Source of the DNA: Lingula anatina
Taxonomy: Eukaryota > Animalia > Brachiopoda
Direction of reading: 5' to 3'
Length of the DNA stretch: 64,000 nucleotides
Assembly: GCA_051362555.1 (NCBI GenBank)
Contig: CM120646.1
Location: 5,952,001 to 6,016,000, forward strand
Every line of letters starts with the position of its first letter. Within the stretch, counting starts at the first letter, position 1. A model generated the notes under the pieces. That model did not search any database, was not told the origin of the DNA, and saw only the letters and a list, made by a program, of their open reading frames with translations. The position numbers were made by a program, and so were the translations under genes. Positions 55,301-64,000 of this stretch are shown in pieces.

Positions 55301-56691
55301 ATGCCAAATAGTGTTTGGAGTAATTTTAACACAAGCGCTCGTTAATTTGTTGCACAAGGTTACCTCGATCATATCACTACCTATAACTCTGGGCGTCTTT
55401 TCATGTGGAAATAGTGCTTAAATTATGGTAAATCAATGCGCATAGTGTCTTTTCTGTAAGAGAGTCTGACGCAAAACTACAAAGGATATTATATATTATT
55501 TTATTTTGCTATATTCAAAGACAGAAATAGTGCGATTTAGTTTTTGTAGCCGTTTATATGTCAAATGAATGCAAATATCCGTCGATTTATGAATGTACTA
55601 TACTAAGCGGAGAGTAGTATCTGATAGCTGGTTGTAAAGTATCATGTTGGGAGGAATGGTTCTAAACTTGTGTCTTGTTTTGTTGGAGAAAGAAGGTAAA
55701 TATAATGGATTATTAAATTTTCACTCAGTATTAGTTTACTGAACTAACGGCGTCATATTTATGATAAAGGAACTTACATGTAGTTAAATGCCATATCTGG
55801 TATTTGGACAAGGTCGAGTTAGATTCATCAGTACATGAACAGTCTATTGTCTTAAGGTGTGGCTTTGTAGTATGACCTCGATAATTTGGTATTTCTGCAG
55901 TATGCTTCACATTGTACGGGTTTAAACATTTGATTTACCTTTTATTTTAACTTGGGTAATTTGGTGACTTTGAACAATGTTTTATTTTTATTTATTTTTC
56001 ATTTTATTTATTTATTTATTATTTTTTTGCTATTCTTCTGACGCACACCTTGAAAACGGGTAGTGGGGTCCGATCTACCGGTGAATTCGGATGATTCGGT
56101 GCCGAGTCTGGTAGTTGAGTAGACCTGGTACAAGGAATAGTCAGAAACCGCCTCCACAGCTTGAAGACTTCAATCGTCAAAAGCATATCGTATAATTTCT
56201 AACGATGCCCTTTTTTTATGTACAGACACAGATCTATTTAGTGCCAGCCGTCTCCGTGAACTTTAGTTGATAACACAATAAGTGGAAAACCGTTTTACTT
56301 TTTGTCTTCAAACTTACGGAACTGATGAATATTCATAAAATACAGGTCGAGTTCGAAAACTAGCATTATTATTTTTTTTTTATTTTTTCAAAGTTAATGA
56401 TGTTTTATGACTATTTCGGCAAACATGCAATACTGCTTACACATTTCAAGTATCTTGACCTCGCATAAGAAGTACAGGTTGAGTGCGAAAATCATCTGGT
56501 TCGGACCATTTTTCCCAAATATATGGTGTTTTTTGCTTTTTTAGCATATTCATCCTATTTTGTCTCAAATGAACTATGTTCCTGTTATTCAAAATGCGCT
56601 GCTGATTTGCATAACGTCCTCTGTGGTCAGAGGAACATCAAGGTAAATAAATTACTGTTTTTTATTTTTATTTTTCAGGATCAGAAGTCAG

Positions 56692-57801
56692 ATGATGATG
56701 AAGAAATGCATGCACGTATCCTTGTTTGCGATTGTCTCTGTGATACTCCTGTGGGTGTCATATATGAAACGCTTTGGTTTCCCAGACTCTGAGATTGACA
56801 GGTTTGTGATATCAGGTGGCATAGGTGAAAATGATTCTCCAGTAAGGACAGAACAGCCGCAGTTTGTCTATCTCGTCCAAGGCGCATCAAGACACCCTAT
56901 TCCCGGTCTCAACGCCACGCCGAATAGAGAAATAATATGGCTGACGTACAGAGACAAAACAGGCGACATCTACTTTCCGAACAGCACTCTCACAGAAGGT
57001 CGTAACCGGCTGCTCTTGGAAGCAATTGACCGTGCATCTAAGAGGAATGACGGTGGCTACTTGTACTACCTCTTTCTGGACGATGATTTGTTGCTGAGAA
57101 ATGAGAATGATAGGAAACGCTGGTGGAGAGAAGATTTACCAAACAACCCTTTTGATCGATTTGAGCTATTTTTACTCGATTTCCAACCAGCAGTTGGATT
57201 TGCAAGATATCAACATAATATCCATGATGCTCCAGCCCCAGTGGGGGTGAAATATAATTTCGATGCTATTTTCAACGGGTTCCACCGCCACACAATTTCC
57301 TTCATGTTGCCATACATAAGCGATTTAGATCACACATCATGGTGGTTTTCGCAGTGGTTTGTCATTCACATATCTGCTATGTTTTATAATTCAAATCGTG
57401 TCCTTTGCAACGCAGTTTATGCAATAAATCCTAGATATCATGGGAACAATAAGTTGAAGGGAGCCTACACCGATTCTGGCGATTTTCGTATACCGCGTGA
57501 TTATTTTCGGACATGGATAGACAAGAACAACAAAGTTAAGACCGCCAACGGGGAAAATATTAACTTGCTTCGGACCTTTAAGAGACAGGCTCTGTATTTG
57601 GACATTCCAGGAAAAGCCGACAGAAAACACAGTATGGAATACAGAGTTTCTACAAAGTTTATAACCACTGCATTCAATAAGTCCCATCCGGGCATTCAAA
57701 AGATTCTGCGCTGGAGAAATTTACCAAAAGTAAGGATTATCCTGTATGGAAGTGAGAAGGATGAACCTGACTTCTTTCCAGATGTTTTCCCCTTGCACTA
57801 A
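56692..57801 (+). CDS. Uncharacterised type II membrane protein with DxD motif, putative GT-A fold glycosyltransferase-like, 369 aa
   Basis: Short basic N-tail, one transmembrane segment (VSLFAIVSVILLWVSYM), a stem, then IYFPNSTLTEGRNRLL and YLYYLFLDDD (beta-strand followed by DxD). Single coding exon after a polypyrimidine-AG acceptor at 56678. Confidence 0.75.
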   Translation: MMMKKCMHVSLFAIVSVILLWVSYMKRFGFPDSEIDRFVISGGIGENDSPVRTEQPQFVYLVQGASRHPIPGLNATPNREIIWLTYRDKTGDIYFPNSTLTEGRNRLLLEAIDRASKRNDGGYLYYLFLDDDLLLRNENDRKRWWREDLPNNPFDRFELFLLDFQPAVGFARYQHNIHDAPAPVGVKYNFDAIFNGFHRHTISFMLPYISDLDHTSWWFSQWFVIHISAMFYNSNRVLCNAVYAINPRYHGNNKLKGAYTDSGDFRIPRDYFRTWIDKNNKVKTANGENINLLRTFKRQALYLDIPGKADRKHSMEYRVSTKFITTAFNKSHPGIQKILRWRNLPKVRIILYGSEKDEPDFFPDVFPLH

Positions 57802-58762
57802 CTACATTTTACCGCGTGTTCTTTGTATTCTACAAGGAAAACAGTTAGTTGTCACATTTACTGTTGGACCCAGGGTTTTCTTCTAAAGGGGGGGGGTGTT
57901 ACATGAATGAAAAATTCCCTTGCTTCGGAAATATGAAATGGGAGACGGGGGCAACTTTTCAATAATGACAATGAAAACCAGGAACGGAAATGGTGATCGG
58001 TACAATCTAGTAAAGAAGGCTGGTGATTTTTTTTATTTGAGGAGAAATTATAAAGTAAAAGACATGTTTATACTTTGTTCTCAACGGTCTTTGGACAGGA
58101 TATAACTTGGCGCTATGGGGGGAAGCGCTAAGTATCCAGGGTGCATTTATCTGTTTATTCATTTATTGATTTATTTTAAAACCTACTTATTTCTTCCACT
58201 TTTATTTTATTTAAATATATATTTATTCTGTTTATATTTATTTGGAATTATAAACCTCTTCTGAAAACTTTCAGTTTCATGATAATTATATTGGTGGAAT
58301 AATTTTACTGCCTGAAATTCTTTCTAAAAGTAAATAACGTCCAGTCCGTAGCAATCTATAATATCCAGCTCCCGAGATGTGCAACAACCCTTGCTCTTCA
58401 AGTCTATGGACCAAATGAATGGGAAAATATCCCGATTTACCTTAAAAAGATGGAGTCTGATGACAATTTAAAAAAAGAATTAAAAACTTATATCTTCAAA
58501 AGGTTTTATAGTTGTATATATTGTATATAATTGTATATATATAATTACATTGTACTATTTATTTTAATATCTTAATATCTTAACTGTACATCAATTCCTT
58601 TACATTTTATTTCACATCTTAATATCTTAATATTTTAACTACCTTTTAATTTATTAACTTTATTAACTTTGTTCATCTTGTTCTGTTCATTTTTCCCATG
58701 TAAAGTCTACTGAACATTTTATATGGAATTAAGACTATAAATAATTTTTATTGTCATTATTT

Positions 58763-58793
<31 letters not shown>

Positions 58794-60348
58794 GAATGGG
58801 CACAGACGGTGAATTCTTTTTTTTTCTTTTTTTGTTGATAACGGGCGAAATTCATGTCATTCATAACATTTGGGTGTGGGTGTGGTCTAAATGATTGGCA
58901 AATATACACTGGAAAGAATTTTACTGAAATGCTATTTATGTTTCCAATAACCATGGTTTAGATTCAAAATATATACAATTTAAAGTATTAGTTAAGCAAA
59001 AAAAATATAATAAATAAAAAAAGACAATTCGTAGAAAAAATGTGTTTTTCTTTAATTGGTAGACCTAATAAAGACAATTATTATAAAATTTAAAAAATAT
59101 AAATTCATGCCTGTCTTTACGCAAAGGTTATCAGAATTCGGCAGAAGTAAAAATGCAGGGCCAAATGCTTTTCAAACATCCATTAATTGGCGGTAGGCTA
59201 CATGGATCTAACACCATTTTTCGCCAATTGTCGCTCTTTTAAGTTTACTTTGGAAACGGGCCTCCCTCTCCACAAGAGTTCGACAACATGGGTGCTGTTG
59301 TACAGTGCATATAGGCCTAGTTAGCAGGAATAAAAAGACCAAGACTATTGTCCTAGTGCCTGAAAAGACATGAAAACACTTTGAATTGGATTTACCCACT
59401 ACAGGCTGCCGCGGAGGACCCACAGAGATTGTCAGTACGTGGATTTTCAGAGGTATTACGTATGCCTCAAGATTGACGTACCGGTACTTAACAAAGGCCT
59501 ACTGTTTTGAGACTTTACCAGCGATAATAAGGGTGTCGTGAGCTTGTAAGGCCCAAAACTGAGGCGAAGCGTTATGTGGCCTTACCAAGGGTAAGGTAAC
59601 CGTCAGCATGTAGGCCCCTATATAAGGCCAAAATCTGTGAGGCTCCCCTCCATCTTCGTTGAAGCTTGTCTAAATGGCCAGGCTTCAGTGATCAGCATAT
59701 CGCCGGGGTCACATATATTCCTAGGTATAGGCCTACAGGGTAAAACAACGACATGTAGCAATTGTAACTATAATTTAGTCTACTTAGATCTATCCAACTC
59801 CGGGGGACTCTCGCTTAATGCAACCAGTTTTACCCTGAAATGCAGTTTAGCAATTTACTAGTCCTTATTTTAGGCCTATCTCCAAAACTTGCAGATGTAG
59901 GCTACTCTCATAAAGTCACTGCTGGACTTGATAAGGAAGCCATGTATTCGGAATCCTTATGTGACATTGAATATGACCTTGGACCTACTTTTGAGCTTAT
60001 AATCCCGCTGTCATCCACTAGTTTATACCTGGCGTCACTACCTGTGTGTAGGCTATATTGATTTTATATCGTAGCTCCGGTGACTTAACTGTGTTTACAA
60101 ATCCAGGTCATACTGATAGAACGTCACGTGCAGTTAAAAATACACCCACTAGATTGACTGACGTAAGCCTACAAATAAAGCAACGCCATTTAGCAAACTT
60201 CGTGTACATGTGAATTTACTCACTATACTCAACCTGTGTTGCAGGCAAGACATCGAACAGGGGCTCAAGTTGACTTGAATATTCTTATTATCTTTCGGCG
60301 AAGAACTGAGGCGGTTTATCAACTAGACAGGCGTTACAAACAGCAAGG

Positions 60349-63300
60349 ATGCTCTCTATAGGCACCAAGTTCCTGGTGGTGAGCCAGGTTTTTACAGCGG
60401 TAACTTTGTACCAAGTCATCAACTTGTACCAAAACTGGAGGGACACAAGCGCCTGGCAGGCTGTTTTCAGGGGTAGGTCAACTACAAGAATCTTGTACAT
60501 GTCCTAGTATATAACGTGCCCTCACTGCTTTACGTTACCCTCTTCCAAGCCCACACGTTGAGTGTTACCGAGTATTTACATATATTCCTCTTGTCAATTA
60601 AATATTTTTATTTAAAGCTTTCATTATTTAAACTGTGCAGAAAATTATTTAGGCCTATACATTTGCAGAGAAATAAAATCTGCATTTACCTGGCCTTTGA
60701 TAGAGAGTAGCTTTACGACACGTATGTCGGATATAGGTTTTAAACTCACTCAAGCATGTAAAAGAGGTGGTTAGGTGGGGAAATACAAAAACGTATGCAG
60801 GGTCAAACGATGTCCCGTTTCCTGACCCTTAAGTTGCTTAATCAAGCGTCTGACGACATTTTATTAATGAACAGGGTCAATATCAAACCAACACTGTAGG
60901 CCTAAGTACTGCACACCCATGGCGCTATGCAAAGAGGGTGCATGTATCGTTTGCAGAGCACATGTGCCTTGGTTTTGAACTTATATTTGAATAGTTGTAC
61001 TATATACATGATGTATATGTCCCGTAAACGTTGCATATCAGAGTGATAATACGCCGACTCTTTCTATCCTAATCAATAATAGAGTGAGCATCTAGCCCTA
61101 TTTTAAAAAGTATCCGGTAAGTCGTTAATGTCATTACGAAATTGTCATTTTTGTAGTGGGAGGGGGGGGGGGGGGCTAGGCCCTAGTTCCTATAGACTTA
61201 TTAAAGTATTAGTAACACTAAAAAAGTAGGCCGAGTAGGCCTACATAATTAATAGGTGAAGAAAAAAACAAGTATCCTACTAGCCCTAGCGTACATGTAC
61301 CTGCTATTGCTAGCTAAGTAAGTGGCATCCTTCCTGCTTTTTTTCTTTACCTTTTTCAATTTAGGCCTACTCAAATAAAATTGAGCTCAGTTTGTAAATC
61401 TGTAGGCCTAAATGTGTTTATTGTTTTATTGAAACTTTATGATTACCTTTTCGTCTCTGAATTTGGCCTTCAGGCGTCCCAAACTAGCTTCCTCCAGGAT
61501 TTGATCCATATCTACCGTCTTGTTGCCAGGCACGAACAACAATTTTTGTAGACGGTGAACAGGGAACCAGACCTGGATGCGTTAGTTCCTTTTCCCACCG
61601 TTTGTTGTGAGACGACCCCTGGTTTTGCCTCATCTCTCTCAAAGCATGTCGGTATCTGAAAACGATAAACTTGACATCGCAAAATGATAAAACGTCTTTG
61701 TAGAAAATAATTTTCTCTCAAAATGATAGAACTGACTATGTCAAAATAATGAAAACGACTTACATAATACAAATTTTCTCTCAAAATGATGAAAGTGACG
61801 AGCTCAAAATGGTGTTAGCATCTCAAAAAAAAAAAAAAAAAAAAAAACTTGTCAAAATGATACTTTCATCCTTTCTGTACAAACGGCGATCCATATGTAT
61901 GCGCCCGAGCCATGTCTATACATGACTTTTTTCATTCCACTGAACACCGACACATCCATCAGAGGGCGCCACTCTTTCCAAGACGAGACATCACAAAGGA
62001 AACAGATCAAGACAAAAAATGCCGACGCCTGTCTCTATCATAAGTGTGTATTTCGATCTAATCACCTGATGCTGTAGGTGAAAGTTCAGATTTCTTACCT
62101 GTATTTAAACTGATCACTGTCCATATTACTTAAAGGGATAATAACTCTTCGTCTTGGCCAAAAAATGAATTTTCCTGGAGTAAACAACAATTTTCCCATA
62201 CTTACCAATGGTTAATGAGTCCATTTTCCCTGTTTTTTTTCTAAAAAGTTTTTTTTTTGTTATAATCTCTTAAGAGATCTTTAAATTTCACTCTTTAAAT
62301 TTCACTGTTATCACTATATGAATTAATCTACTTTTTAATTTTCCTTTTTGTTCTTTGTTAGGGCTAGTGGCATTCCTGACGGGTGCCGGAGGCCTTGTCA
62401 CCTATGACATATACAGGAAACGACCCGCTAAAAGCCACACGTGGAGGACGGTGTTACTTCAGTACACTCTTACACAAATATCCCGAGTTTTTGCGTATTT
62501 TTCTCTTAGGAATTTTGAGACAGCAAGCAAGAACATAAGCAAGATGCAAGAAGATGCGTTAATGTTTTACATTCGCACGCTGGAAAATACGGAGTTTGGC
62601 AAGAATCACAATTATTCTCGGATGCGGACGAGGGAAGATTTTTTGAAACTGCACCCAGTTTTGTCCTATGCCGACCTTAAACCTTACATCGACAAAACTG
62701 TAGCGGGAGAAAAAAACCAAATCACTCCATTTGACCCGTTTTACATCGCCTTTACTTCAGGGACCACCGGTAAAAACAAAGCGTTCGTATATTCAAAAGA
62801 GATGTTTGCCAAACCATCAAAGATGTTTAAAAGTCTTCTTTTTTCTACCGTTAGCTTCAAAAGAGCTGGGCTATGGGATCACCTGAAACGTTTTCACGAG
62901 GTCAGAATAGGAGTCAAGACAGATTTAACGGACAGTGGCGTAAAAACTGGACCAATAGCTGGGCTGTATGGATTCTTTCCAAGTTATTTGGTTTCACCAC
63001 GTGTCGTGTATGACGTCACTACCGAAAACGAGTCCCATTATTTACATGTACTCTTCGCACTAAAAGATCCTGGTATTGGGGCTTTTAACTTCTCTTTCCC
63101 GTCTGTTGCTACCCGGTTTTGTCAAACTTTGGAACACCAATGGCCACAGCTATGTGACGATATAGAACACGGTACCCTAAATACTGACTTGGACATACCC
63201 GAGGACATCAGGGAAAAGTTGCAGACCGATATGAGGGCGGATCCCCATAGAGCTGTTGAAGTTCGTCGGATCATAAGGCAGGGCTTTGACGGAATTGTGC

Positions 63301-63566
63301 GCCGTTTATGGCCGGAATGTAACGCAGCTCTCATGTTGAGTTCGGGCTCTCTTCTCCTTGAGGCCGAAGGATTGAAGAAGCATTATATGAAAGACGTTCC
63401 GTTTTGCAATCCCGCTCATGCAGCTACGGAGGGGTTATTCGGGTTTTGTGATCCCGCCGACAACGGCCAAACGCGTTTCATTATGACGGCTTCCTTAAAT
63501 CACTTCGACTTTATCCCCCTGGAGGAAACAGATAAACCATCTCCCCGTGTGGTACCCATTGAGGAG
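60349..63566 (+). CDS. GHDC: GH3-domain protein (GHDC-like), copy 5, inverted; only exons 1-2 lie in the window
   Basis: Exon 1 at 60349-60472 (MLSIGTKFLVVSQVFTAVTLYQVINLYQNWRDTSAWQAVFR, donor GTAGG). Exon 2 at 62362-63566 is 1205 nt as in the other copies, donor GTGAG. Confidence 0.88.
61040..61895 (-). mobile_element. End fragment of a DNA transposon (possibly IS3EU-like) in intron 1 of GH3 copy 5
   Basis: Absent from the paralogous introns. Terminus reads TATGGATCGCCGTTTGTACA on the minus strand, with subterminal TCAAAAT(G/A)AT repeats at 61680-61865 and a short exon-like MDQILEEASLGRLKAKFRDEK|GT at 61509-61447. Left boundary approximate. Confidence 0.4.
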
Positions 63567-63741
63567 GTGAGCACTAGTCTGGCTTTGAGTTTTTCTTTAT
63601 TCTTTTCACTGGTTTATGGGCAACTCCATGGGATTTTCCCGCCAAAATGAATTTTTTCCTACTCATAAATACCGGCCGGTATGCTTGACCCATCCTTGCA
63701 CTTGGATGATGTTTGATTCCATTTTAAACATGATCATTTAG

Positions 63742-63915
63742 GGACCATTCCCACAGATATTTGGATCGATTTATCTCACTGGGGAGTCTCACTAAATTGC
63801 TGTCAACTTGGCTGGCTTAAATGTCTGTCACGCCTAGCAAAGCTGTTAGGGGGTAATTATCTTTACCCCCTAGCTGATTTGGTAGGCGTGACAGACATTT
63901 AAGCCGGCCAAGTTG
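63742..63915. mobile_element. MITE fragment of the same family as 43425-43639, with an internal hairpin
   Basis: Begins CATTCCCACAGAT...GATCGAT; internal inverted repeat TCAACTTGGCTGGCTTAAATGTCTGTCACGCCTA / TAGGCGTGACAGACATTTAAGCCGGCCAAGTTGA. Confidence 0.7.
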
Positions 63916-64000
63916 AAAAGATGAAAAAGAGACAAGGCAGGCTACAGATAAACTTCTATTTAGAGGTTTTCATTGTCTTTTGGAGTCTGAAATGGGAACG

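Overview
AT-rich, intron-containing animal DNA, probably from a marine invertebrate (species cannot be determined from sequence). I spliced the genes by hand, checking splice sites and reading-frame phase. The window holds: (1) a 6-exon secreted Cys-rich protein with 10 LDL-receptor class A modules (5479-12911, +); (2) a 15-exon TTLL4-derived ATP-grasp ligase (14462-22509, +) that unexpectedly starts with a signal-peptide-like exon and has a remodelled substrate site; (3) five GH3-family (GHDC-like) acyl-acid amido synthetase paralogues, four in tandem on the minus strand (22935-52337) and one inverted copy on the plus strand (from 60349, running off the window), each with a hydrophobic coding exon 1 that the ORF track misses; (4) a single-coding-exon type II membrane DxD protein, glycosyltransferase-like (56692-57801), between the head-to-head GH3 copies; plus a 5'-truncated RTE-like LINE, an EnSpm-like element, MITEs and microsatellites. 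The main hypothesis is a candidate animal biosynthetic or modification cluster: two unrelated ATP-dependent amide-ligase families and a putative glycosyltransferase, all membrane- or secretory-targeted. All functional claims are inference; no database search was run.
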